NCBI RefSeq assembly: GCF_018350175.1
Contig: NC_058368.1
Location: forward strand, 206,648,001-206,712,000
Direction of reading: 5' to 3'
Length of the DNA stretch: 64,000 bases
Origin: Felis catus
Taxonomy: Eukaryota
Under the pieces are notes generated by a model, which worked only from the letters and a program-made list of their open reading frames with translations, searched no databases and was not told the origin of the DNA. The translations under genes and the position numbers were made by a program. Positions 13,695 through 26,071 of the stretch are shown here, in pieces. Numbering within the stretch: position 1 is the stretch's first letter; every line of letters starts with the position of its first letter.

Positions 13695-13729
<35 letters not shown>
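13689..13729. repeat. (CG)n(CA)n compound microsatellite
   Basis: tgcgcgcgcgcgcgcacacaca... seen directly. Confidence 0.95.
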
Positions 13730-14903
13730 CCCTATTTATGTCATTCTGCTGGTCCCAAAAGTGTCTTTGTGTTGCTCTCAGGACAAAAGCAAAAATCCTA
13801 ATATGACCTGTAAGACATGACTGAATCTGCCTCTGCCCACCTATCAACCTCATATCTCCTTCTATCCTCATCCTGTGTCCACTCCGGCAACAATCACCAT
13901 CTTTCAGTTTACTGTCTCTACTTCAGATTATTTGCCCATGCTGTTCCCTTGTTTGAAATATCCTTTGTTCCCCTTTCTCTATCTTCTCATTCCCAATTTG
14001 ACTTTGCTAGTAGTGTTTATTTGTCCTCTATATTTCAGCACATGTGCTTTTTACCCCCAGAGGAGCCTTTCAAAAATGTCTCTGTTAAGTGCTGTTAACA
14101 CCCAGAGGTCTTATTCACACCATGTATGTATGACCCAATTGTGTAATTGAGTGTTTAATGTCTTTATTTACCTTTGTGAGAATCGGAATCAGTTTTGTTT
14201 TTTTTTTGGTTCTGCAGTTTGTCCCTGGTGCTTAGTAGGGCGTTTTACTCAGAGTCACCACTCAATAAATGGTGGTTGAATGAATGAATTAGTAAATAAT
14301 CAAATATGAATGTGAGGTATATAGTTGTTATATCAAATTGCTTTGATAGGGATATTTTATTCTTGTGATTGAATTTAGAAAATTGGAGGCACTATGCTAG
14401 TTTCTGATCTACTCAAAGTAAATTTCTGTCTACTTTATGCTGTGAAAAATAAAATCTCCTTGAATATGCTTTGGGTTTTTAAGTTTAGGTGTGCTATATA
14501 ATATTTCATCCTCTTTTTTTTTTTTTCTTTTGTCCATCAGCCTGTAGGGGAAACTCTAGCCTGGCTGTGGAGGGATATATAAACTTGGCTCATGAAATAA
14601 AAAGTTGGTACAGTGAACTATGAAATAGTTGCAGAGGCTTGCCCACAAATATCTGCAAATTCCATGTATTGCTATTCATATACTGCAATATAATTACCTC
14701 CCCTCTGGGAGTTGGCTGAGAAGAATTTAGTGTTTAGTGAGAAGTTGGCTCGATAAGTCATATTTTCCAAATCGGAAAATAAAACTTTAAGAGGAAGAGA
14801 CTTGGACAACTATTCCATGAGTTTGTAGACATTAGGACTTGGCTTGAAGCTACTTTTAATTACATAAGCCTATTGGGAGTATGGTTAGTGAAAAGGGATG
14901 GGA

Positions 14904-15015
14904 TACGGAACTTGAATAATACGGAACTTGAATACGGAACTTGAATACGGAACTTGAATAAATACTTGAATAAATACTTGAATAATACGGAACTTGAATA
15001 CGGAACTTGAATAAA
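14904..15015. repeat. Minisatellite of TACGGAACTTGAA (6 copies) with TACTTGAA variants (2 copies)
   Basis: Units read directly; separated by nothing, TAA or TAAA. Confidence 0.95.
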
Positions 15016-15443
15016 ACACTGTATTACAGTGTTTCCATTTATTAGTATAGTGATCAACACCTACCTATCTACTAAACTATTTAGGCAGAGTCTAAACATG
15101 TTATTTTCCCTCTTCCATGAAAATAGAAAGAAAGCCTAGATAAAGAGAAAGCAGATGTTTAATTTTTGTAACAAACAGCAATAATCTGGGGCTGGTTATC
15201 TTCATGACTATTCATCTTAAGGAAACATATTTTCCAGTAAAGCTGTCAATGCTCTTGGAATTGTTTTGGGAACTCTAAATGGTATTTTTTCATAACCCTA
15301 TAATGTCTGGTTGCTACAGGCTTCTGTCTTCACTCACAATCTGGGTGACATTGGACTAATCATGCCATCCATACAGACACACAGTTGAGTGTAGAAGCAA
15401 TGTTTTTAATTTTATTTTTCTGTAGTATAAGAAACAGAATCCT

Positions 15444-15627
15444 CTTTTTAAATGTTTATTTATTTATTTATTTGAGAGGAAGGGATGGTAGAGAGAGAGG
15501 AAGATAAAAGATCCGAAGTGGGCTCTGAGCTGACAGCAGAGAGCCCAACATGGGGCTCAAACTCATGAACTGTGAGATCACGACCTGAGCTGAAGTCCGA
15601 TGCTTAACCGGACTCGGCAGGCTCCAC
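15444..15627 (-). mobile_element. Can-SINE
   Basis: SINE body; TSD agaaacagaat at 15430 and 15628. Confidence 0.92.
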
Positions 15628-16489
15628 AGAAACAGAATACTTTGAAATGATGCCTCAGTAAGTAAATGCTCATGAGTGGTAATATTCCTTTATTTGTTTC
15701 CATTGTAAAAATAATGTCACAACATTAAAGAAAGGTTGCCTTGCAAATAGTACCTATGGTCTCACTATTCTAATAAAACGATTTCCTGTTTATAGTTTAA
15801 AATCCGCTCCATATTTACATATGTAATTACACACTATTTTATAATGGTTACCTTCTATTTCATGGAATCATTGTGTAATAATTTAATTAACTCAGGTTAT
15901 CTTGAATTTGTATGTTTATATCTTTTGGAAAGTTTTCATCTATTATCTCTTCAAATATTTTTCTGCATCAAACACTTTCTGGGACTCTGATGACATGAAT
16001 GTTAGCTTTTTTTAGTATTGTGCCACAGATCCTTGAGATTCTGTTCATTAATTTTTATTTTAATTCTCTTTTGTTTAGATAATTTTTTTTTTGCTCCATC
16101 TTCAAATTTACTGATTTTTTCTTTTACTGGTAAATTCAGTCAAATAACATACAAACATGTAAAATAATACATTTATTATTAATTTAAAACATTAAAAGAT
16201 CAGGGAAATGTAATGATGATTTTTTACTGAAGTAACCATTTAGAATAAAGTGGTGTACCTCCCCTATAAGAAAAATGCCAATGAAACAATTATCAGTTAG
16301 GATTATCTTGTTAGGAAAAAATATTAAAAATAATACCCAAAATAATAATTCCCAAATCCCCAAGGCTTTGGAAAATAGAGATTCTCATTTACAAATGGTG
16401 GGAGTATACACAGGGACACATTTTCCAAAGGACTAGTTTGGGAATAAGTATGAGAAATATTTTATTCAAGTTTTTTTTACCAGTTCTTC

Positions 16490-16629
16490 TTTTTTTTTAA
16501 TATCCAACTTATTGTCAAATTGGTTTCCATACAACAGCCAGTGCTCATCCCAAAAGGTGCCCTCCTCAATACCCATCACCCACACTCCCCTCCCTCCCAC
16601 CCCCCCATCTACCCTCAGTTTGTTCTCAG
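16490..16629 (-). mobile_element. Short 5'-truncated L1_Fc 3'UTR
   Basis: attgtcaaattggtttccatacaac...gtgctcatcccaaaaggtgccctcctcaatacccatcaccc, near-identical to the L1 ends at 23560 and 25335. Confidence 0.92.
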
Positions 16630-16700
16630 CAAATTTACTGGTTTATTGTCTGTCATTGTCATTCTCTGTTGAGTTTTTATTTTAGTTGTTGTATATTTCA

Positions 16701-16912
16701 TTTCATTTTATTTATTATTTTTAAGTGTTTTTTTATTTTGAGAGAGAGAGAACATGCAAGCAGGAGGAGGGGCAGAAAAAGAGGGAGAGGGAGAATCCCA
16801 AGCAGCACTGACAGCCCAATGGGGGTGGAGGTTTGGGGGGCTTAATCTCATGAATCAGGAAATCTGAGCTTAAATCAAGAGTCAGCTACTCAACCGAGCC
16901 GCCCAGGCACCC
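16701..16912 (-). mobile_element. Can-SINE
   Basis: Ends gagccgcccaggcaccc; TSD ttgtatattt on both sides. Confidence 0.88.
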
Positions 16913-17549
16913 AACTTGTATATTTTAGTTCTAAACTTTCTCTGTTTTTTCCAATAGCTTACCTTTAATATTTTTGTAAACTAAAGTGTAATAAATGAAT
17001 TATACACTCAAACGTATTCAAATTCTGCTCTGCTTTGTCCATAAAATTTATGGATTTAAATATTGGCTCTAATAAATCATTGTTGGATGTAGAAGTTAAT
17101 TTTGTATCTAATACAAAAGATTTTTCTTATAATGTGATATACTGGAAATGTAAGTAAGATTCCTGAAAGTTAGCACTGAGAAATGATCAGAGGAGGTACT
17201 GGGATTTTATTTTTAAGTAGCCCCTAGAGAGGTCTCTTTAGGCTCCCTTGGCAATGAAAACAAAATGAGGACAAAATAAAAGACGAAAATTTGCCAACAT
17301 TTTATGGACAGCAGTAGATGGACTGTATCTTCTAAAACATGATGGTTATGACTTGTTAAGCTTTATCCCTGAGAGAATTTTTTAAATAATAGACTTTAAG
17401 TTTAAATACCACATTGGTGAGAATATTTTTGGAAAAGTAATCTTTCTTATCATTCACTTAAGGCACATTACAATGTTCATAATGAAAAAGGGTAGTGCTA
17501 ATTCTATGTCTATTAAAACTGCTAAGTTGATTTTTAACAATAAAGCCAA

Positions 17550-17800
17550 CACAATAATGTGCAATAGTATGTGCCAGACACTATTCTAAGGACTCCATCT
17601 CTTTATATGTATTAACTAGATAGAGGATTAAATTAGATAATTAAACATGTTAATTGAATGGAGCAGATCCTCTCATGATCCCCATTTAAAAATCAGGACA
17701 TTGAGGTACAGAGAACTTATTCGGTTGCCTCAGTCATCTAATGGCAACTGGAGAAGCCAGGATTCAATTCGGTTATTTTGATTCTAGATCCTTCTTTCCT
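17550..17800 (-). mobile_element. MIR
   Basis: tatgtgccagacactattctaag...cccattt...ttgaggtacagaga...gccaggattcaa. Confidence 0.65.
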
Positions 17801-18194
17801 TCTCTTCCTTTTACCAATATTATTGAGGATATATGCCACCCACAGGAATACCTAGATTGAAAAAAACCCAATGCCTTTCTAGAAGTCTATGTGGGAAGCA
17901 GACACATAGACCGAATACGGTGTAATCATTATTACAGTGCAAGAATAGAAATAGTGAAAGTTGTAGAAATACGTGCTGTAGGGGGAATGACAAGAAAGTA
18001 CAAAATGGACTTGAGGAAGTTGGATCAAGCTTGGCAAAGGAGGTAACAAATAGCTGTGTCTCAAATGTTGCAAGGGTTAAGTGCATTTTCACCAAACCAC
18101 AGACGCTTGGTGTACAGTATGTTTAGAGAATCTGCCCGTAATTCTTCATAAAAGCAGAGCAATTGTGTCTGCACATATGTGCACCATGACTATT

Positions 18195-18840
18195 ATATTG
18201 GTCCAGGTTCACTTGCAGAAAACAGAAACCACCTGAGCTACTTTAAATAGAAAGACTTAACACAGAGAAATGGGTGGTTTTAGAATCATTAGAAGAGCTG
18301 GAGTGCGGTCCTGGGCCAAGCTTCCAGGAATGAGTATCACAAAAACATCGTAGAACTGGCCTGCCGAAGGAATGACGTCCTTTGTGACGACCTGTAAGTG
18401 GGGGACATTTCCTTCAGCTTGGGAATCAGGAAGCTGCCACCTGCCTCTTGGTGCCTCGGCAGCAATCCTTGGATCAGAGTCACCACCACAACCGCTGGTT
18501 CTAAAATCACACCACCTCTCATCCATGCCCACAGAATGGATTCGTACTCTCTTAGCCATGCAGCAAGGGACCAGTCACTGCACCTTCTCCTACAGTAGTT
18601 GTAGAAATCCAAATGCCTCCACCACCAGGCTGGCCAGCAGGAATACCTGAAGTGGTGAAGAGTAGCCTCTATCTCACTGCTCCTCAAGTCTGAATCACAT
18701 TTGGATCTGAATCATATTTGGAAATTTAGCTGCAGGGGAGTCTGAGTATCACCATTTTTGTCCTGGTTTTGCATTATAGGAAATTACACCAAAAAGGGTT
18801 AAACAGTTATTGAGGGAATTACTCTGCAGTATCTACCTCA
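18195..18840 (-). mobile_element. Old MaLR solo LTR (MLT1K-N-like)
   Basis: ggttcacttgcagaaaacagaaaccac...tttagctgcaggggagtctgag...agtatctacctca. Confidence 0.6.
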
Positions 18841-20919
18841 TGGCAGTTTCTATCCAGGTAGCAGAAAGATAAATGGAAATACATGCCTAGAATTCTTCAT
18901 CTTGTGAGTACTGATCTCTTCAGTGTAATCATCTTCACATGTTATGGACTGCTTTTGTTTTTTATTTTTTGTTTTGATGATGATGATTTGTTTTGATGTC
19001 TCTTTTTCTTAACACTTGTTTAGACTCCTATCTTGGATTTGTTTTCAGAGCTCACATTTTCATTATTGAATAGCATTGATTATGATGAATAGCTGTCCAA
19101 TGAAAGTGAATTTGAATACTGGAGATAGTACTAAGTAATGGCGAATAAGGTAGATTTTCTTACTGAATAATACTATTTACATCGACCACGTTACCAAGAA
19201 CGTAACATTTTCAGCCAGAGCATTGTCAGAGTGAAGAGAACAGTCCTTGTGTGACAGTTCAGGCCAAGTGCCTCCTTTCTGACTACCTGCAATGTCTCAA
19301 TCATTAACTCAAGTATTTACTGGACATTTAACAGGTGCAGTGCCTGTGCAATGTGTTACAACATTTAGAACTTATATTTATGTGTTGCTTTATAGCTCTT
19401 TTACAAAGTGTGTATATTATCTTATTTAATATGCATGACCGGTTTGTTTTTCAGAAAGAAACTGACACCCAGAGACTTTAAGAATGCCAACCAAATGAAT
19501 AACTCACTGGATATTTAATTTTGTATAATTAATTCCATCTGACCGATGGCATTCATATCCCAAGATTGCACCAATTTTGTTTTTCACTTGTGTTTTTTGA
19601 CATGTACAGTTTCTGGGTTGTGTTAGAAATTAGAGAATTCAGACTGAAGATCTTGTTACTTTCCCGTGAACCATATAGAAAATGCCATATTTTATCACTA
19701 ATGGCTATCATCTTTAAATGTTAAATAGCTTCCTTGGAAAAATTTTTATAGAAGGGATGCCTTACATTTCACTTTCCTCACAATTCATTGAACAATATAT
19801 TTCTCTCATTCAACAATGAGTCTACCTTATAAACTTTACAAACCACACATGAAACCTTTATTTTACAGGTGCACTCATACGTTTAATTATGGCAGAGCTG
19901 CCACTGCATATATAATTTAATTGCTATAGGTGCTGAAGATTTTATATTCTATTGAATTCATCTATATTCTTTTGTCTTGTTGCACTCCTTTGACTCATTA
20001 TTATTATTTATTTATTCTACTAGAAGGGACAAAAACATGGATGAGTTTTTTTCTTATATTTTGATAAATCCTAACTTTTACTAAGCAAATATTTTAAAAA
20101 TTGAATTTGCATACCAACTGCCTCATTTCTGATCTTTTCTGACTTTTCCACTGTTAATTTTTTAAACTTAAAAGTTAATATAATTCTAGTTAGACAATTT
20201 CTGAGTCTTTTTTTGGTATAAAGTACCCCTGTACTCAGAAAAAACAAATATAAATCTCTCTGTTTTAAATCTTTTGATTCATCCATCATCCAGCCATCCA
20301 TCTCATTTAACTACGACCCAGTTTTCCTTATTTACTCTTGTAGTGATTTGCAGTACTCTAGTTTTATTAAAGGACAAATGGCTGTAAAATACAGAAATCT
20401 GGTATCTATAAAATAAGACTATAGAAGTTCCAACTAAATGGAAACCAGTACAAACAAAACAAGAAAACCAAGGGCCTTATGCAAGTGGTATACCCTGTAT
20501 AAAGGAAAATACAAACTTGCCTCTGTTAATAAATGTCAAGATAAGTACAAAATTAGTGGAGATGAAGAAATGACACTATGTACTTTTTCTCACTTGGTCG
20601 ATACAGACAATGACCAGAGTCCATCTAGTGTTTTGAAGAAGTGAATTTGCTTTCTTAGGTACAGACAACCAGAAAGTGGTGATATGATGGAAAAGTTAAC
20701 ATTTTCCTGTTCTACTCTCACTTATGAATTGAAATCTGGGCTGTAGTCAGTGTGGGATAGTTTTCTGGTGGTTTATGTAATGACTTGCTCGGATGCCTGC
20801 CCAGGGTCCCCGTAATTCCACACATCTGGGGGCACACAGTCTAATCCTAGAGTTTGTGATCAACTCAGTCCCCAGTGAGGAGGGATTAAACAGTTTAGCA
20901 CCTTAGCTCAGCATTATAA

Positions 20920-21430
20920 TACCAGCAAACACTTGTATGTTTCCTATGTGCTGATGCTGTGCTAAACTAGTACATACATACTCCCGTAATCCTCACAAAA
21001 AACCGATGAAGTTGGTACTATTATCTTTATTTTCTAGATGTGCAAACTAAAGCATAGATAGTGTAACATGCCCACAGTCACACATCTACTAAGTCGCAGT
21101 GCCAGGATTCAAACCCAGGCAGGCAGGCTGGGGGCACCTGGGTGGCTCAATGGGTTAAGCATTTGGCTTCAGCTCAGGTCATGATCTCAGGGTTCATGAG
21201 TTTGGGCTCCGCCTCTGGCTCTGTGCTGACAGCTCAGAGCCTGGAGCCTGCTTCGGATTCTGTGCCTCCCTGCCTCTCTGCCCCTGCCCTGCTTGCACTA
21301 TGTCTCTCTCTCTCTCTCTCTCAAAAATGAATAATGGTTAAAAACCAACCAACAAAAAAACCAAAAACAAACCCAAGCAGGCTGTTTTTCAGGTCTAGGC
21401 CATTAACTGCTATGTCATATGCCTCCTCTG
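20920..21430 (-). mobile_element. MIR split by a SINE
   Basis: taatcctcacaaaaaccgatgaagttggtactattatc...gtaacatgcccacagtcacac...ggattcaaacccagg. Confidence 0.75.
21131..21368 (+). mobile_element. Can-SINE (SINEC_Fc)
   Basis: ggggcacctgggtggctc head; TSD aaacccaggcaggcaggctg / aaacccaagcaggctg. Confidence 0.95.
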
Positions 21431-21624
21431 TATTGTACTGCTTTTTCATTAAGTCTATCTTTTTGGTCTTGCTCTTAACGTTTTTTTCTTTTTGCCCTCT
21501 GTATGGTAGCTGTGCTCTTTCCTGATTATTACTACTAGTGTTGATAACAATTTCCACTGTTTTATTATAAAAAAATAAGATATTTGCACATGAAAGAGAC
21601 TTTATAATCTAAATACATAGATCA

Positions 21625-21810
21625 GCTGATCCTCATAATAATAATATGGAGAAGTCAAGGTGAGTATTGTTATCTCATTTTACACAGATGAGAAAGAGAC
21701 TTAGAGGCATTGTGCTTTGTTCAAAATCATGTAGGCAACAACCCGTAAAGTTAAGACTTGAACTCAGATGTTCTCATTGCAAGTGCAAGGCTCATTGACC
21801 ACACTATCTC
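21625..21810 (-). mobile_element. MIR
   Basis: attgttatctcattttacacagatgagaaagagacttagag core. Confidence 0.6.
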
Positions 21811-22544
21811 TTCTCCCTATGGCATAACTTTCTCAGTGTAGGGTTTCTGTCTGAGGTCCCTCCTCTTCCTTTAGTCAGCTGACACAGAGACTGCTCACTC
21901 CTTCAAGGGGTATCTCTCTTCACCCGGTCGTGTCTCAAATCACCAATCAGAATCCGGTGCAACATTCATGTGAGAGATATGCCCAGACAGCAGCAACGGG
22001 TCATTTTGTTTCACCTTCTACTGTTCATCCTTGCAATCTCAGCCACCTGATCCTCTCCTGCTTATTCCCAGCTTGTTTTAGCCTTCCCAAGGTTTGCGAG
22101 GGTTTGACTGATTGATAGATTCCAGGAAAGAGAGGCCTGTAATAATACCATTCAAGGCCTGCCAGGTTGTTACTGAGCTTCCTGACCCATTAGCCTTTCT
22201 TGAGAAGGCTTTTCGTCATCATGAGTTTGTTCCTAATAAATTGGATTTACTTTGTTGTCTTTAAGAATGCGACTTTTAGCAGTTAATGTTTACTTCAGAG
22301 CAAAAACGTTTACTTCAGATTTAAAAGAGAGATTTAACCTCTCCAACATGACAATTATTTTCTAGTTGATGACGTTTCTCATGTCTCCATAAAATCACCC
22401 ACTGCTTATGCTGACTAAACAATTTGGTGGCAGTGCAAGAGAGGATAAATGGCTATTAAATGTTGTATAAAACAAAGAAGCCAAACAAAGAATAATAAGC
22501 ACGAAGGTGTGGCTGGTCGGCGTCTACAAAAGAAGCTGGGTTGA

Positions 22545-22770
22545 AACTCTGGCAAGTATTCTGGCTCTGAAGACCTGAGTGTGCCCTCTTAAACACATAA
22601 CATGCGTGACCTTTGGCAGCCAACTTTGTGAGTCAGTTCTCTTCACAAACAGATTGAATTTCGTTTATCATCTCTTTGCAGTAATTCTGGTCAGACTACA
22701 CATGACAAGTTGTGACAATTTATCAACAGCTCAGAAAGAGCCACAATCACTCAGGGAGCACTGAGAAAAG
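22545..22770 (+). mobile_element. MIR
   Basis: gaagacctgagt...gcgtgacctttggcagccaactttgtgagtcagttctcttc. Confidence 0.45.
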
Positions 22771-23520
22771 AGAAAACTGAACAATGAATAAAAATAATTT
22801 CTAGAGGTCACAGAGGTATGAGTTGATAACCATGACTATAGATCTGATGGTACCCTGTTGGCACTAAACCCTCTTCATATTGCCTCAGAGCACTTGTCCT
22901 GATATCTAAGCTTGTTTAACAGATTGTAATCTTTGCTTGCATGACATTCTCCGGATGTGACAAGAAAACACCATGCCTTTCACCTGGGGTGTCCTACTCC
23001 ATCAGAAGATACTGTGAAAATATACCTAATAACATATTGTTTATGACCATGGGGCATAGAAGTCAGGACATAGATTTGTAGGCAGACATCCACTTCATCC
23101 CATCTATTGTAATTCTTCATATATACGCTCACATTTTGCATAAGTGGAGTCTGTTTTTTGCTTTTTTATAGCATATACTTATGTTCCATTGTGTATGTAG
23201 CATGTTATTTCCTTCTATCACTTGCAAATCCAGTCTTTTCACTGACTTGTCTCTTTGTCCTCAAGTTGGTTTTCTACTTATTTATAAAGCTCTTCTTCCA
23301 TCTTTAGTTCTTATTGAAGGCCTTTCTGTTTTCTTCTGTTTCTCAGATTCCTTCCTATTTTTCTTTAGCTTTTCTCTGCATCAGTTAGTACCGAACTAAA
23401 ATTCAATAAATGTCCCCAAATTAATTTGTGATATTGTTACATATATTTAATTTTCTGGTAGTTAATTCAGTAGCCAATTCTTTATTTCCATATGACTATC
23501 TCAGACAAACTCCTTGTTTT

Positions 23521-23950
23521 CTTTTTATTTTTTAAATTTTTTTTATTTTTTAATATATGAAATTTATTGTCAAATTGGTTTCCATACAACACCCAGTGCT
23601 CATCCCAAAAGATGCCCTCTTCAATGCCCATCACCTACCCTACCCTCCCTCCCACCCCCCATCAACCCTCAGTTCTCAGTTTTTAAGAGTCTCTTATGCT
23701 TTGGCTCTCTCCCACTCTAACCCCCCCTTTTTTTCCCCTTCCTCTCCCCCATGGGTTTATGTTAAGTTTCTCAGGATCCACATAAGAGTGAAAACATTTG
23801 GTATCTGTCTTTCTCTGTATGGCTTATTTCACTTAGCGTCACACTCTCCAGTTTCATCCACGTTGCTACAAAGGGCCATATTTCATTCTTTCTCATTGCC
23901 ACGTGGTACTCCATTGTGTATATAAACCACAATTTCTTTATCCATTCATC
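23521..23950 (-). mobile_element. 5'-truncated L1_Fc 3' end
   Basis: Poly-T, L1 3'UTR and ORF2 tail; perfect 16-bp TSD acaaactccttgtttt (23505-23520 / 23951-23966). Confidence 0.96.
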
Positions 23951-24761
23951 ACAAACTCCTTGTTTTTAATTTCCCTCATTGACAATAAATTTCCCTTCAC
24001 ACAATATCCTGTAGGAAGATTGTCCCCTTTTTTCCAGTTGCTGATTTCATGCTTGAGATTACCTGTGATACTGTTTACTAACACTGAGTAGGAAACTAGT
24101 GATTTTTATTACTTAATATAACTATAATTCTTCAAGGACTTCAATTTATCTCAATTTACCTCATGTGAAATTTGAAAATCACTCCACTTTACCTCATGAA
24201 AGGTTTCATAACTGTTGTGGAGCAGCCCCCAAACTGTGAGTTCACCAATTCTTAATAAAGATGGAGTCTCTGTATTTCATGCCTTTAGATACTCAGTTGC
24301 TAAGATACCCTGTCAAACAATCCAGCAACTCAATAGGGAATAAAGAGCCTTGTTTTTGCCAAGTCATTCCAGTCAAAACAGGTAAACTGTAATAAAAATA
24401 TGGAAGATGATCAATGAACTCTTAAACCCTACAATAATGTGGAAAATTGTGATCTGTGCATATATACATTTTCTGGGAGAAGATTGATTACTATTGTTAG
24501 ATTCCTGTTGCCTTGCACAGTGCTTAGCACATTTTTGAGTCTGAGGATATACTAGATGAGTGAATTAGGAATAAAATAAGGATTCCAAAAACATTCTCCT
24601 CGTTATTAAAAAAAATTAGGAATATTGAGAGCCATATTTCTTTTTCTCTTTGAATTTTACCTGTATAAAAACCTTTTTAGTCTCTTTTTCTTGGTATTTC
24701 TAGGAGGAAGATATTGGAAGTACTGAATTTATCTTTCATGTTTCTTGTCTTTCATACTTTT

Positions 24762-24977
24762 TAAAAAATTTTTAAAATGTTTTTATTTATTTTTGAGAGA
24801 GAGAGATGGAGTGTGAGCAGGGGAGGGGCAGGGAGAGAGGGAGACACAGAATCCGAAGCTGCTCCAGACTCTGAGCTGTCAGCACAGAGCCTGACGCAGG
24901 GCTCGAACCCACAAACTTCGAGATCATGACCTAAGTTGAAGTCGGGTGCTTAACTGACTGAGCCACCCAGGCGCCCC
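24762..24977 (-). mobile_element. Can-SINE (SINEC_Fc)
   Basis: Full SINE; TSD tttcatactttt (24750 / 24981). Confidence 0.96.
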
Positions 24978-25275
24978 TTTTTTCATACTTTTAAATTATG
25001 TATCCCATTATGATACGTTCTGGAAAGTTCATCAGCTCAGTCTTCCAGCTCACCAGTTCAACTTCCACTGTGTCTTTTCTACTATTTATTTATTTAAAGA
25101 CTTTAATTTTAGTTTCAACACAATTTTTCCATGACATTTATTATTTTTCTCATTAGCCTGACTTTATTCTTTAGACTTAATGGCCTCTTTTTGCTTATCC
25201 CTCTCCAGAGATTTTTCATGGTCTCTGGTTCACTGAGGTTCCTTTTTCTTGATTTTTAATGTATTTATGAATTTA

Positions 25276-26071
25276 TTTATTTATTTATTTATTTATTTTT
25301 GCAATTGAATTTTATTTTATTTTTTTATATGAAATTTATTGACAAATTGGTTTCCATACAACACCCAGTGCTCATCCCAAAAGGTGCCCTCCTCAATACC
25401 CATCACCCACCCTCTCCTCCCTCCCACCCCCCATCAACCCTCAGTTTGTTCTCAGTTTTTAACAGTCTCTTATGCTTTGGCTCTCTCCCACTCTAACCTC
25501 TTTTTTTTTTTTTTCCTTCCCCTCCCCCATGGGTTCCTGTTAAGTTTCTCAGGATCCACATAAGAGTGAAACCATATGGTATCTGTCTTTCTCTGTATGG
25601 CTTATTTCACTTAGCATCACACTCTCCAGTTCCATCCACGTTGCTACAAAAGGCCATATTTCATTTTTTCTCATTGCCACGTAATATTCCATTGTGTATA
25701 TAAACCACAATTTCTTTATCCATTCATCAGTTGATGGACATTTAGGCTCTTTCCATAATTTGGCTATTGTTGAGAGTGCTGCTATGAACATTGGGGTACA
25801 AGTGGCCCTATGCATCAGTACTCCTGTATCCCTTGGATAAATTCCTAGCAGTTCTATTGCTGGGTCATAGGGTAGGTATATTTTTAATTTTCTGAGGAAC
25901 CTCCACACTGCTTTCCAGAGCGGCTGCACCAATTTGCATTCCCACCAACAGTGCAAGAGGGTTCCCATTTCTCCACATCCTCTCCAGCATCTATAGTCTC
26001 CTGATTTGTTCATTTTGGCCACTCTGAATGGCGTGAGGTATGGAAGCAAAAGTGAATTACTGGGACCTTAT
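25276..26071 (-). mobile_element. 5'-truncated L1_Fc with a short inverted 5' segment
   Basis: ORF 25549..26049 is the L1 ORF2 C-terminus ([26 protein letters not shown]...YPRDT...EWIKKLW); perfect TSD atgtatttatgaattta (25259-25275 / 26070-26086). Confidence 0.96.

Larger units (their letters stand above)
12790..14295 (+). mobile_element. L2 fragment including 3' end, interrupted by MER20
   Basis: ggcatttcaaactcaattcatctaaatccgaactc... ending ctcaataaatggtggttgaatgaatgaa. Confidence 0.7.
15880..16960 (-). mobile_element. Ancient L1M ORF1 antisense fragment, split by the 16118-16629 insertion and a SINE
   Basis: ttttggaaagttttcatctattatctcttcaaatattttttctg...tctgggactctgatgacatgaatgttag...tgccacagatccttgagattctgttca; resumes after 16644. 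Confidence 0.7.

Noticed and set aside
14904..15015. CRISPR-like repeat array
   Set aside because: 13-bp units with 0-4 nt spacers and no unique spacers, no cas genes, mammalian DNA.
18257..18687. Cluster of overlapping 66-116 aa ORFs
   Set aside because: Lies inside a GC-richer old MaLR LTR; no recognisable domain.
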